64,000 nucleotides of DNA from a virus. This document shows, in pieces, positions 48,894 to 58,467 of this stretch (within the stretch, counting starts at the first letter, position 1; every line of letters begins with the position of its first letter). Below the pieces are notes generated by a model that was not told the DNA's origin, did not search any database, and worked only from the letters and a program-made list of their open reading frames with translations. Location of the stretch: positions 1 to 64,000 of IMG/VR virus record IMGVR_UViG_3300020452_000254; one strand, given 5' to 3'. Made by a program: the position numbers and the translations under genes.

Positions 48894-49433
48894 TTATACC
48901 TTGTTAAACATATATGTCAACCCCATTCTACCTTCTTGTGCATATGAACTGACAAATCCTGCTTTGTGGTCTATTTGACCATCAAAGATTACTACATTAC
49001 CACCTATTGGTAATACACATGTACATTTTGGTTTATCACCATCATAAAACATAGTTTCACCACCTAAATTATAATTCCAATTTGGGTTCATATAACATAT
49101 TGCAGTATAATCTGCCCAATCACGATGTATCTGAGAATTGTCTCCATGTTGAAATAGATTAATATATGCAATTTCTGGGTCTTTGACATGTCCTGTAAAT
49201 GCTTCTATCTGAGGTTTGATGATTTCCCATAGTGGTTTCCAACCTTCTTCTATGTTTTCTTTTGGTTTAATACCATGAGGTGCAAACAATAAAGGTTTAC
49301 CCCATGTTCTAATTTCACTGTCATCATCACTATTTCCTTGCATCTTTCTAACGAATTCATAGTTCTCTATGAAATCTTCATAGAATGGTGCTGGGTCAAA
49401 TGCTTGTTCAATAATTTCAATCATCTTTATCAA
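48894..49433 (-). CDS. 2OG-Fe(II) oxygenase
   Basis: IHRD, WNYNLGGET, IFDGQIDH, R-x-L. Confidence 0.8.
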   Translation of the reverse strand: MIKMIEIIEQAFDPAPFYEDFIENYEFVRKMQGNSDDDSEIRTWGKPLLFAPHGIKPKENIEEGWKPLWEIIKPQIEAFTGHVKDPEIAYINLFQHGDNSQIHRDWADYTAICYMNPNWNYNLGGETMFYDGDKPKCTCVLPIGGNVVIFDGQIDHKAGFVSSYAQEGRMGLTYMFNKV

Positions 49434-50193
49434 AAAAATATGTTGCAGCGTATCTAGGTGTTCGAGCTTCCCAACTTACTGATGCAACTTTGTGAAATAT
49501 ATCTCCACGAAATACAACTGCACTACCACCTTTTGGTGCTGTAGTAGCACGAACAAAATCTACATCGTCATTAAAGAATAGAGTTTCTCCACCCCACTTT
49601 CTTAAATCCCAGAACTCTGGTAAATTAAAATAAACAATTGCACTGTAGTCCATGTAGTCTTGATGAGCCCAAGTACTATCTCCATGTTGAAATGCATGAA
49701 TATAACAATTGTTATATGGTTTTAACTTGACACCTAATGTTTCTTCGAAGTGTGGATGAAACTTATCCCATGCATCATCTACAAGTGAATGTATCTTTGG
49801 ATGGTGAGAAAAGTATTCTGATTGTATTTCCATATGTTCACCATACTTCTCCATAGTTTCTTTATCATAGTCACCTTCTTTATATGCTCTTTTAGCTGCA
49901 TTTGAAAAATCTTCTGCACTTCTTGATACATTCATATACCACGAACTCTTTTCATATGTTCCAGTTATGAATGGACTAAATCCACCACTTTCTCTTAATT
50001 GTTTTTGAAACTCTGGGTCTCCACTTCTATCCATTACTATTGATGGTGGATTACCACCATATGCTAAGAACCCTTGAATAAATGAACCATGATTGATTAC
50101 ATCAAACATCCAATTCTGAACTATGTTGTCTGGGACAACATCATCTATCAAATAGATTTCATCACCCATTATATCAATATGTTTACTTTTCAT
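49417..50193 (-). CDS. 2OG-Fe(II) oxygenase
   Basis: AHQD, WGGET, FRGDIFH, PRYA. Confidence 0.8.
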   Translation of the reverse strand: MKSKHIDIMGDEIYLIDDVVPDNIVQNWMFDVINHGSFIQGFLAYGGNPPSIVMDRSGDPEFQKQLRESGGFSPFITGTYEKSSWYMNVSRSAEDFSNAAKRAYKEGDYDKETMEKYGEHMEIQSEYFSHHPKIHSLVDDAWDKFHPHFEETLGVKLKPYNNCYIHAFQHGDSTWAHQDYMDYSAIVYFNLPEFWDLRKWGGETLFFNDDVDFVRATTAPKGGSAVVFRGDIFHKVASVSWEARTPRYAATYFFDKDD

Positions 50194-50326
50194 TTTTTAA
50201 TTTTGTTAATTCACTATTAGCTACTAGGGTCATTATTCTTATGTATGCATCATGTAACTGTTTTTCTAAATCATTTACATTCTGTCTAAGAACTTTGTTT
50301 TCTTCTTTCAATTCTTTTTCTGTCAT
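50183..50326 (-). CDS. small coiled-coil protein (47 aa)
   Basis: MTEKELKEENKVLRQNVNDLEKQLHDAYIRI... Confidence 0.45.
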   Translation of the reverse strand: MTEKELKEENKVLRQNVNDLEKQLHDAYIRIMTLVANSELTKLKNEK

Positions 50327-50627
50327 TGTCTCTCTTTCTTAACTGTGCTCGAACAATTACTTTTTCTTTTTCACTCAAACATGAGGTGTCTTGAGGCCCC
50401 CATAAAGTTCCAATCCTAGTAAGTTTATCAGATGCAGATAACATATGATTCCATACATCATCCTCTGGATTACCTTTCCTATCTTTTTCAAAGATTTTTC
50501 TACTGAATCGTAGTGATGTTGTTTTATTGTTTTCTGCATATGCAGAAATTTCACGCCCTAACTCTGCATAGAATAATTCTTGCGGAGTTATATCATAGGG
50601 ACTTGGTTTTTTACCATGCTGGTTCAT
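50286..50627 (-). CDS. hypothetical protein
   Basis: 113 aa; AAGGA RBS; promoter upstream. Confidence 0.65.
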   Translation of the reverse strand: MNQHGKKPSPYDITPQELFYAELGREISAYAENNKTTSLRFSRKIFEKDRKGNPEDDVWNHMLSASDKLTRIGTLWGPQDTSCLSEKEKVIVRAQLRKRDNDRKRIERRKQSS

Positions 50628-50662
50628 TATATATCCTTATCATATTATAAAATATTAAACAC

Positions 50663-50692
50663 ATTATACCAAAATATGTACTTATGAATCAA
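50663..50692 (-). promoter_or_regulatory. sigma70-type promoter TTGATT-18-TATAAT with TAAGTACA box
   Basis: TTGATTcaTAAGTACAtattttggTATAAT. Confidence 0.6.
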
Positions 50693-51110
50693 GTGTTTTG
50701 TTTGGAAAAAGTGGGATTACATTTCCCATAGATTTCTGCTTTTCTTCCTTATCATTTTCAAATTCTTCTACTTCTTTTTGAAGTTCTGGTGGTGTGGAAT
50801 ACCCTAAGTCTGTTAAGTAATCTTTTAACACATAAGGGTCTAACATATCTGCATTCCATTCTTGTTCTGATATAATATCTTGACCATCTTCTTGAATTAA
50901 GTTTTGTCTACTTCTTAAATATGTATCACATATCATAGACAAGTGTGTTGTTGCTTTATATAATGATAACCAATCTGAATTGATTTGAACTGGGTTATCA
51001 TGGTCATCTGCAAATGCAATTGCCATTTTGGAATACCACCCATCATCATTGTTAATGATAAGAGCAATATCTCCTCTCTGGAGTTTTAGGATATGTTCCT
51101 TGTCTGACAT
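50682..51110 (-). CDS. hypothetical protein
   Basis: 142 aa; ends NVIPLFP. Confidence 0.6.
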   Translation of the reverse strand: MSDKEHILKLQRGDIALIINNDDGWYSKMAIAFADDHDNPVQINSDWLSLYKATTHLSMICDTYLRSRQNLIQEDGQDIISEQEWNADMLDPYVLKDYLTDLGYSTPPELQKEVEEFENDKEEKQKSMGNVIPLFPNKTLDS

Positions 51111-52228
51111 TAACCTTGCAACTTGAGTTGTTTATTTGTCGCCACCATTTGTACACCATCTGTTTTCACATCATCTTTTGAAAAATATGGTGGATTATCT
51201 ACTTCTGCTGGTGTATCATTGTAATGGTCTATTGAATAATCTATTTCACCCTGTTTCCAATCATTATTTTCTATGAATGGATGTCCTGTTGGTAATCCGA
51301 ATACACCACTATCGATGTCTTGAAGAGTCGTTGCAACCCTTGAACCACCTGTAAAATTGTAACAGTCTTTAAATAGTCTTGGACTTCCTATGACTTTAGC
51401 AGTATGAGTAACCCATGTTCCTTGTTTAGATACTCTTCCATAACCATTTGTAACCAACCATTTTTCTGATGATACTACATCTGCATTTGATGAACCTTTT
51501 AAAAATTCTGTTTTATATTTCATTCCAGCACCAGATACAACATAGTCATTTGCATGGATGTGTACCATAGGAAAGGTTTCACCTCTTGCACCACATCTTA
51601 AAACTATTTCATGTTCGTCTGGTGATACTTGGTCTGATTCTGAATTAACCTCATGAGCCATATATAAAGACTGTCTTCTTGATGTAGTTGCATCTGGGTT
51701 GTATTCATTAGTAAATGATTTTTTGTAATCAGATGCATTCTTCCATGAAGTAGTTTTTTCTACTGTATCAAAATCATCTGTGGATGAAACAACTGTACTT
51801 CCATTTTTAAATACAAAAGGATGAGAGTAAACATCTAAACCAGAGTTTCCTATCCAACAAACACCATCCCAATCTATATTAACTGAATCAGAGGTGTCTT
51901 TACCCTTTGTGACTGGATATACAACCATCAATCCACCATCAACATTTGTCTCACCTGTAACATTTATTCCAGATGGAATATTTGATTCACCATGATGACC
52001 TCGTTGATTATCAATCAAATACATGGTATCCATGTGAGTGTTATCTTGTATCTTACCACTTCTAACTACAACATTATCATACAATCCTTTCCAGAATGTT
52101 TTAAATTGTGTTGAAGAGCATGGTGAAGGATGACCACTGTTGATTGTATAAGTTACTTTTGATTGAACTTCAAAAGAGTCGTCTGCTACCCAAGATGGAA
52201 TAGTTTGTGATTGTGCATCGTTTGCCAT
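51110..52228 (-). CDS. hypothetical protein
   Basis: 372-aa beta-rich ORF, GAGG RBS. Confidence 0.6.
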   Translation of the reverse strand: MANDAQSQTIPSWVADDSFEVQSKVTYTINSGHPSPCSSTQFKTFWKGLYDNVVVRSGKIQDNTHMDTMYLIDNQRGHHGESNIPSGINVTGETNVDGGLMVVYPVTKGKDTSDSVNIDWDGVCWIGNSGLDVYSHPFVFKNGSTVVSSTDDFDTVEKTTSWKNASDYKKSFTNEYNPDATTSRRQSLYMAHEVNSESDQVSPDEHEIVLRCGARGETFPMVHIHANDYVVSGAGMKYKTEFLKGSSNADVVSSEKWLVTNGYGRVSKQGTWVTHTAKVIGSPRLFKDCYNFTGGSRVATTLQDIDSGVFGLPTGHPFIENNDWKQGEIDYSIDHYNDTPAEVDNPPYFSKDDVKTDGVQMVATNKQLKLQG

Positions 52229-52229
52229 G

Positions 52230-52646
52230 TTATCCTCTTGTTACTTTTTTAACCCTTTCAATTTGTTGAGTAATAATTGCTTTTCTGTTAGGCCAGTAAA
52301 TATACTCTTTGTCCTCATTTTCCATGAGTTTATGCAAAAGTGGTAATATGAGTTCTTCTGCATCTGCAAGATTTGATTTCAATTTTGATACTGCAACATC
52401 TGTAGAACTACCCATAGATGTTTTTGCTTCATCCAACTCATCCAATGCACTAGATACCAATTTAGTAAGTACATCTACTTTACTATCTAGATTATCTATT
52501 TGTTTTGAATTTACTGCACCCTTAGATGACTCTGCAACTTTCTTAAGGTCTTCTGCAATCTTCTCATTAAGAGCTGCAGATTCTCCAGTTTTAGTTGTGA
52601 GTTCATCTTGGTCTACAGCTGTGAAACCAAAATCGAAATTACTCAT
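52230..52646 (-). CDS. conserved hypothetical coiled-coil protein
   Basis: FDFGFTAVD...ILPLL...KEYIYWPNR. Confidence 0.65.
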   Translation of the reverse strand: MSNFDFGFTAVDQDELTTKTGESAALNEKIAEDLKKVAESSKGAVNSKQIDNLDSKVDVLTKLVSSALDELDEAKTSMGSSTDVAVSKLKSNLADAEELILPLLHKLMENEDKEYIYWPNRKAIITQQIERVKKVTRG

Positions 52647-52960
52647 TACTTCTTACCTTTACTTCTTTTAAGTTTTTCTCTTGCATCAACAACTGGTTCA
52701 ACAGTTTCGTTACTTTCTGTTTTACCACCATCAAGAGTCATTTCTTCTTGAACTGGTTGTTGTGCAGCCTGTTGTCTGAGTTGTGCTTGTGTTTGACTTT
52801 CTGCAATTATGATTTCTCTTAATCTTCCGATTGTTGAGAACTCCTCTGCTTTAAAAGTTCCACGACTTGCAGCTGTATCAATAACTGCAACCATTTGTGC
52901 CAACTCTTTCAAACCCAAAATTTGAGTTTGCATCAAATCAACTGATTCTACATTTTCCAT
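52646..52960 (-). CDS. hypothetical protein
   Basis: IDTAASRGTFKAEE; GGAG RBS. Confidence 0.65.
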   Translation of the reverse strand: MENVESVDLMQTQILGLKELAQMVAVIDTAASRGTFKAEEFSTIGRLREIIIAESQTQAQLRQQAAQQPVQEEMTLDGGKTESNETVEPVVDAREKLKRSKGKK

Positions 52961-52985
52961 AATATCTCCATAATATTTTGTCCAA

Positions 52986-53297
52986 CTAATCTAAAGGATT
53001 AGATGGAAATCTTTTTACTGTTGTTGGAATAGAACCACTCCATCCATCAACCTGTTTTACTACTGGTTCTTCTGAGTTCCAAGTACAAACAATATCTGTA
53101 CCTGGCTTGAACCATTTGTTAAAATCATGATTGTAAATCATTTCATGAATGTCTCCACTCATAGGGTCTATAATTTTTAACAATCCCATTACTGGGTCAT
53201 AATGACGAACTTCTGCAATTCTACTTACACCATTATCAGTATAAGTTATTGCTCTTTCTTCATCAGTTAATCCCAATTTGTTTATTGACTTTTCCAT
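52986..53297 (-). CDS. hypothetical protein
   Basis: 103 aa; late promoter TATAAATA at 53303-53310. Confidence 0.6.
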   Translation of the reverse strand: MEKSINKLGLTDEERAITYTDNGVSRIAEVRHYDPVMGLLKIIDPMSGDIHEMIYNHDFNKWFKPGTDIVCTWNSEEPVVKQVDGWSGSIPTTVKRFPSNPLD

Positions 53298-53317
53298 AGT
53301 AGTATTTATATCAATAC

Positions 53318-53980
53318 TTACTTTGGAGTGAGGTCAAAACCTGCTAATTCTGCAATTTCTTTTGTCACTGATTTGAATGGCATAGTCTTATCTTTAATTG
53401 CAAGTAAGAACTCTGCTTCAGATTTTTCTAGTGACCTTAAAGTGTTTAAGAATATCTCTTCTTGTTTTGATGATTTACTTGTACTATTTGCAAGTCCACC
53501 TTTAACCCAATACTGCATTCTTTTAAATACACGAATGAATCTTTCTGGTGCCATATCCATTGCACCTTCTGGGGTGTCTGGGTCTCCAATAACAACATTA
53601 GAAGGTAATCCTTCTGGTAAAGTAAACTGAACTCTTTCGTCAAATGCAGCTTTCATTGCATATTTAACATCGTTCCTACCAACATATTCTTTTAGAATAT
53701 CAACCTTTGCTTGTTTACCTTTAGTTTCTTCTACTAATGCAAGTATTTCTACAACACTTGGATTTCTTGGAAGTTTTCTTGGTGTCCACTTAGGTTTTTC
53801 TTCAACAGGCCCTTTCAGAACTGTTTTCTGTGTTTCACCTAGAGATTCAATTACTGGTGAACCATTTGCATCAACACCAATATCTTCTTCTTTGATTCCA
53901 TTAGAACTTGTGTCTAATGTCTCTAGAGTTTTCTTATTGAGAGAACCTTTAGGTCTCCCTCTTCCTCTTTTTTCTGCCAT
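53318..53980 (-). CDS. conserved T4-like hypothetical protein with N-terminal AT-hook
   Basis: KRGRGRPK; LPEG; EIFLNTLRSL..SEAEFLLAIKDK. Confidence 0.65.
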   Translation of the reverse strand: MAEKRGRGRPKGSLNKKTLETLDTSSNGIKEEDIGVDANGSPVIESLGETQKTVLKGPVEEKPKWTPRKLPRNPSVVEILALVEETKGKQAKVDILKEYVGRNDVKYAMKAAFDERVQFTLPEGLPSNVVIGDPDTPEGAMDMAPERFIRVFKRMQYWVKGGLANSTSKSSKQEEIFLNTLRSLEKSEAEFLLAIKDKTMPFKSVTKEIAELAGFDLTPK

Positions 53981-53982
53981 AA

Positions 53983-54828
53983 TTAAAAGTCTCCGATACT
54001 TTCTTCTAAATCCATCAATCTGTTTTTAATAAAGTAGTTAAGTAATCCACCTCTGGATGCAACTTTTACATTATCAAATTCATGAAGGATTTGATTTTTA
54101 TACTCATTAGGTATATAGGTCAAGTCAATAAGACTCCTATTCCTTTGTAAGTTTCTATCTATCTCATCATCATTTGCAACTAATGGGTCTTTGATAATCT
54201 CCCTTTTCTTTTTAGATAGGGGTCTTTGTCTAATACCCTCGACAAAACAATCGTCTTGAGATAGAACATTAGGAATACCATCACCAGTATCACCACTTAT
54301 AATGTGGTCAACAAGATACTCTTCTGATTGTTCCTGTGTTAGTTTTATGTTCTTCTTAGTTATAGGTGAGTATTGTTTTACTTTACTATATCTTTGAAGT
54401 TGTTGAAAGTCTTTATCTCCACTAACAATCATGATGTTTTCAGTATTACCATATTTCTCACATAGAGTTCCTATGATATCATCTGCTTCACATCTTGATA
54501 TGTTTATATATTTATAAGGGAAATTTTCTTTTAATTCTTGTCTAATGACACTTATGCAATCGAATATGAGACCCCAGTCTTTTGAGTCTGAGTCTCTTCC
54601 TTTCTTACGATTTGCTTTGTAGTATGGATATATGTCTTTTCTCCAAACATGCATAGAGTCATCTGCAAGGACTAACTCTCCATAAGTCTTGTTATACTTC
54701 TTACGATACATTGCAAGGGACTTCAATGCAATATGTCTTACTAGGGGTTCATCAATGGGTTCACTTCCACCTCTGGTCTGTGCCATGAGAGATGCAATTA
54801 GAACCTGTGTTAGGTCAATTAAAATCAT
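53983..54828 (-). CDS. rnh: T4-type RNase H (5'-3' exonuclease)
   Basis: MILID, WRKDIYPYYKANR, EADDII, SGDKDFQQL, GDTGDGIPN. Confidence 0.92.
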   Translation of the reverse strand: MILIDLTQVLIASLMAQTRGGSEPIDEPLVRHIALKSLAMYRKKYNKTYGELVLADDSMHVWRKDIYPYYKANRKKGRDSDSKDWGLIFDCISVIRQELKENFPYKYINISRCEADDIIGTLCEKYGNTENIMIVSGDKDFQQLQRYSKVKQYSPITKKNIKLTQEQSEEYLVDHIISGDTGDGIPNVLSQDDCFVEGIRQRPLSKKKREIIKDPLVANDDEIDRNLQRNRSLIDLTYIPNEYKNQILHEFDNVKVASRGGLLNYFIKNRLMDLEESIGDF

Positions 54829-55931
54829 TCAGTTCTCAATAATATAGTGTGTTCGTTTATTCTTCCTGTAGGTTTAGATGATTTTGTATTTACTTCATCT
54901 AATACTTTACTTAATACTATTTTACCACCTTCTTGGATTCTGTCAAGGAAATGTTCTGTTTTATTTCCTATTTTTTTCATAGAAGATAGTTTGTTAAACT
55001 TTTGGATAGTTGTTCCTTTTACTGCAAGACCCATTCTATCCTCTGCAACGAATTGAGTAATCTCTTTGGTCTTAGTATTGAATGTCCATAGTTGCATTGC
55101 ACCCACGATGTTCTCTGGGTTAAGTGATGTAATGTGATACTCTGTATCTGTTATCTTGTAGTTTAGGTTCTTTGTTTGTTCTGTTGCAGAATAAACTTTT
55201 TTCCTTCTTTTCTTTCTCTGTTTCTTTTGACCTTCTGCATACTTATCACAATTATTAATGATATCACTTACAAACTTATGAAAGTCTTTTAGTCCCTTCT
55301 TATTAAGATATGAGTATGCTTCTTTAAGTTGTGGACAATCACCTGTTAATGCTTCCTCTAATTCCTTTTGCATTAAATGGAATTGATTACCAACTTGAAT
55401 TGCAACTGGGCCAGAGACTTGTTCTTCTGTTAGATATGCAAAGGTATCAAACTTATGTTTAGGATTATCTATCCACTCATCTAATTGTCCTTCTATCTCT
55501 CCAGCATAGTCCCAAGACTTTTCTAAAATTCTTTGTTGAATAGATTTTGTTGGGTTCTTTTTCTTTTCTTCTGCTTTGAGTTCTTTGAGTGAGTCAATGT
55601 CCTTACAACATTTGTCTACATGTTCTTTTATAAATGCAGTTGATTTTGGGTCTAGAAGATTGTCTTCAAAAACACAAGGTACACTTCTACTTTGCATTCT
55701 TGCAAGTGCAGCTGCAGTTCTAGGAACATAGGAAAGTCTTTTGATACCTTTCCAGTATTTCTCTTCGTACCCTTGTTCTGACATCCATAATGACAACCAT
55801 TCACCACATGACTTATTATCACTCATGTAGTTATACCAATTGAGACATCTAGATTTGTCTCTGGTATCCTCTTTATGAGGTTCACTACCATAATAGATTT
55901 CATCAAGAGATTTTTGTTTTCTCTTACCCAT
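54825..55931 (-). CDS. conserved T4-like hypothetical protein
   Basis: LNWYNY...IVGAMQLWTFNTK...VKGTTI...TGRINEHTILLR. Confidence 0.7.
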   Translation of the reverse strand: MGKRKQKSLDEIYYGSEPHKEDTRDKSRCLNWYNYMSDNKSCGEWLSLWMSEQGYEEKYWKGIKRLSYVPRTAAALARMQSRSVPCVFEDNLLDPKSTAFIKEHVDKCCKDIDSLKELKAEEKKKNPTKSIQQRILEKSWDYAGEIEGQLDEWIDNPKHKFDTFAYLTEEQVSGPVAIQVGNQFHLMQKELEEALTGDCPQLKEAYSYLNKKGLKDFHKFVSDIINNCDKYAEGQKKQRKKRRKKVYSATEQTKNLNYKITDTEYHITSLNPENIVGAMQLWTFNTKTKEITQFVAEDRMGLAVKGTTIQKFNKLSSMKKIGNKTEHFLDRIQEGGKIVLSKVLDEVNTKSSKPTGRINEHTILLRTE

Positions 55932-55957
55932 GTTAATTACTTATAATAATTTGGTTT

Positions 55958-56098
55958 TTAAGTGTTATCTTTGTCACTATATTTAACATCATATTTATCA
56001 TATGGTCGTCTTTTCTTCTGTTCAGATACTATTACACTTGACATATATGCAAAGACACCTGCGATGATAGTAATGACGACAGCAAAGATAGTGTTCAT
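55958..56098 (-). CDS. small membrane-anchored protein (46 aa)
   Basis: MNTIFAVVITIIAGVFAYMSSVIVSEQKKRR...; TAATG coupling. Confidence 0.55.
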   Translation of the reverse strand: MNTIFAVVITIIAGVFAYMSSVIVSEQKKRRPYDKYDVKYSDKDNT

Positions 56099-56421
56099 TA
56101 TTTCCCAATCCATTCTACTTCCTTTCTTGGTATTACTTGATATGCACCCTTGTTATATGCTGGTGCAACTGTGAACTTCTTAGACTCTTCCTGTTTCCAA
56201 GATACATCTTTTTGAGGTGTATAGTCTACTTTTGATTTATAAGAAGGATACTTCTTCCTATGTTCTTCTATTTCTTTTATTCTGTTACTTTGAGTACTAT
56301 TAGTTTTCAAAGGTTCGTATGACATAGTATGACACTTTTTCTTTGTTTTTAAACTCTTAGTCTTTCTTTTACGACCTGTCATGTCATACCTAAGACTGTT
56401 ACCTAAATTTATTGTACCCAT
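56098..56421 (-). CDS. conserved basic hypothetical protein
   Basis: APAYNKGAYQVI motif. Confidence 0.65.
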   Translation of the reverse strand: MGTINLGNSLRYDMTGRKRKTKSLKTKKKCHTMSYEPLKTNSTQSNRIKEIEEHRKKYPSYKSKVDYTPQKDVSWKQEESKKFTVAPAYNKGAYQVIPRKEVEWIGK

Positions 56422-56759
56422 AATTCTAATAAATTCCTTACTAAAAATAAAAGACCAGCACCATTCAAAAGAATCAATGCCCTATCTCTCCAAATAACTG
56501 ATACCCACAACCATAAAGATACTCCAATAATTGAAAATATCAAATCTGTTTCTTGATACTCTGGAATACCTCGTAATGACATTGCACCCAATACAAATGA
56601 GGATGCAATCCACTTAACATACCAGTCAATGGTATACTTTGGTGTTGCAGATTTAGAAATCCTTGTGGAGTTTTCTAATTCATGTTTAGTAAAACTACTA
56701 GACTGTTTCTTTGCTTTTTCTTTGAGACTCAGCAACTTGTCTTTTAAGTTCTTTTTCAA
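56409..56759 (-). CDS. hypothetical membrane protein (start uncertain)
   Basis: DWYVKWIAS...WRDRALILLN; three TM segments. Confidence 0.6.
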   Translation of the reverse strand: MKKNLKDKLLSLKEKAKKQSSSFTKHELENSTRISKSATPKYTIDWYVKWIASSFVLGAMSLRGIPEYQETDLIFSIIGVSLWLWVSVIWRDRALILLNGAGLLFLVRNLLELWVQ

Positions 56760-56819
56760 ATTTTTTCCACTCCTTATTATCTTTTACGAATCTTGTTCTT
56801 TGTTGTTGTTGGGGTTGAC

Positions 56820-56972
56820 TCATCTTCCTTGTCCCTTATATTTTTTATGAGACCTCTTTTTTGATTTGTTCATTGTAGACATAGATATTTTTGTTCTTCT
56901 ACCTCTACCACCATGTCCAATACTACTAGACTTTCTACTTGGGGCTATTGTTGTTTTTCTTAAACTTCTCAT
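56820..56972 (-). CDS. small basic protein (50 aa)
   Basis: MRSLRKTTIAPSRKSSSIGHGGRGRRTKISMSTMNKSKKRSHKKYKGQGR; AAGGA RBS. Confidence 0.65.
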   Translation of the reverse strand: MRSLRKTTIAPSRKSSSIGHGGRGRRTKISMSTMNKSKKRSHKKYKGQGR

Positions 56973-56994
56973 TTTCCTTGTTGTTATTCTCTCG

Positions 56995-57102
56995 TTAAAA
57001 AGGTGAAGAGACTACGATGATGGGGAAGGAGAGAGCAAACCCTAATCATCAGCACCTTTTGGAATAATCCAATATACAACTGCTATGTTGTAGTCTCTTC
57101 GT
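56995..57102 (-). ncRNA. candidate multi-stem structured RNA
   Basis: 11-bp closing stem GAAGAGACTAC/GTAGTCTCTTC enclosing internal hairpins, followed by a U-tract. Confidence 0.5.
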
Positions 57103-57107
57103 AACTG

Positions 57108-57287
57108 TTAATTCTTGAAGTCTTGTAGAAACTCTTTATAAGTTTCTGCATTACTGTCGTAAATTGACATGACTTCATCAAAGCATGGATGTGAATCATC
57201 ACACTTGTAACCCATTGCATTGATTTCTTTTATTCTGGTATCTTTCCACTCTTGTGTTTTGAAACCATTTGTAATATTATTTGTCAT
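57108..57287 (-). CDS. small hypothetical protein (59 aa), probably leaderless
   Basis: MTNNITNGFKTQEWKDTRIKEINAMGYKC...; ATG 6 nt after the -10 box. Confidence 0.6.
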   Translation of the reverse strand: MTNNITNGFKTQEWKDTRIKEINAMGYKCDDSHPCFDEVMSIYDSNAETYKEFLQDFKN

Positions 57288-57293
57288 AATTGT

Positions 57294-57323
57294 ATTCTAC
57301 TATAACTTGTACCTATCTGTCAA
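57294..57323 (-). promoter_or_regulatory. sigma70-type promoter TTGACA-18-TAGAAT with TAGGTACA box
   Basis: TTGACAgaTAGGTACAagttatagTAGAAT. Confidence 0.7.
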
Positions 57324-57507
57324 GTTTTATAAATCTCCTTCTTGATTTAGAAAACAACTTAGAAGGTTTCTTGTAAAAGATTTCTTCCTTTGTTCCTGTT
57401 TTAATGTAACCTACATTCAGATTCTTTTCATTGAATATGTAAGTATGATTTGGGACATTGCAACTGCAATCACTCCAGTCTGTTATTTCTTTTAAATATG
57501 TGTACAT
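57313..57507 (-). CDS. hypothetical protein
   Basis: LKEITDW...PNHTY...FSKSRRRF. Confidence 0.65.
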   Translation of the reverse strand: MYTYLKEITDWSDCSCNVPNHTYIFNEKNLNVGYIKTGTKEEIFYKKPSKLFSKSRRRFIKLDR

Positions 57508-57851
57508 ATTTTACTTACCTTTTCGTGTAATTGTTTTTCAAATGCTTTTGCTTCTCGTTCATATGGATATTCACCATTGAGGAATTGTTTAACATGAATC
57601 ATTTCATGTGCAAGAGTTTGATATATATCTTCTTGGTCTCTTGTTAGTTCAATTACAATTCCATCATCTAGGTTTCCATAACAACATCCTAACCAATCAT
57701 GATAATCTTTTGGAAAATTATTATAGACTACAACATCAATCTCTGCATTTGTAATCTCTAATACTTGACATGCAACATCAACATAATTTATAATTTGTTC
57801 TTCGTCTTTGAGTTGACCACCACGAGGGCCTTCACAATAAATCACTACCAC
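57492..57851 (-). CDS. putative zincin metallopeptidase
   Basis: TLAHEMIHVKQ (HExxH) followed by PYEREA. Confidence 0.65.
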   Translation of the reverse strand: MVVIYCEGPRGGQLKDEEQIINYVDVACQVLEITNAEIDVVVYNNFPKDYHDWLGCCYGNLDDGIVIELTRDQEDIYQTLAHEMIHVKQFLNGEYPYEREAKAFEKQLHEKVSKICTHI

Positions 57852-58240
57852 TAAGAATAATCCCTTTCACCATTCCAATTTTCACCATTCTGATTGTAGT
57901 TATCAACAATCATGTCAATAACATCAGTAGCATTATAAGAAGTACCACCAATATTCCATGAACAATCTTCTGTAGGAATTCTTCCATACTTCCATGCATA
58001 GATGGTGACTGTTTCATATTCCCAATCATCCCTATCTATCTCATTGATATCATTTGCATCGTACCATTTTGCATCAATAACCCACTCACATGAAACTTTT
58101 TCATTTGGGTCTGCATTCATAAATGTTGGTGGCCCCAACACTTCACACAACCTTGAATAGGTTGTAGTTTTATATCCCTTAAGGGAAGTTCCACCAGACA
58201 CCATGTCTGGAGAACAAACTTCATAATCTTTAATTATCAT
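57851..58240 (-). CDS. hypothetical protein
   Basis: GTSLKGY...LGPP...TIYAWK...WNIGG. Confidence 0.65.
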   Translation of the reverse strand: MIIKDYEVCSPDMVSGGTSLKGYKTTTYSRLCEVLGPPTFMNADPNEKVSCEWVIDAKWYDANDINEIDRDDWEYETVTIYAWKYGRIPTEDCSWNIGGTSYNATDVIDMIVDNYNQNGENWNGERDYS

Positions 58241-58440
58241 GCTACTACTCCAGTTGATTTACACATTAAATAAATTAGAGTGTCGATGTGGTCATCATCA
58301 TCTTTTGAATACAGAACCTTGTCTGCACCAAACAAATCAGTTATCGTTTTAATAACTGCCCATACACCACCATTATCATAGATGGCAAAAACATCATCTG
58401 CAATCATATTTTTTGCAGTGTCGTTTACTAAATTACTCAT
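58237..58440 (-). CDS. hypothetical early protein
   Basis: 67 aa; AAGGAG RBS; first gene after the promoter. Confidence 0.65.
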   Translation of the reverse strand: MSNLVNDTAKNMIADDVFAIYDNGGVWAVIKTITDLFGADKVLYSKDDDDHIDTLIYLMCKSTGVVA

Positions 58441-58467
58441 ATTTTACTCCTTTTTTCTTACTATACT

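Noticed and set aside
57030-57055. Hammerhead ribozyme suggested by CTGATGA on the minus strand
   Set aside because: No GAAA after a stem II and no matching cleavage-site arrangement
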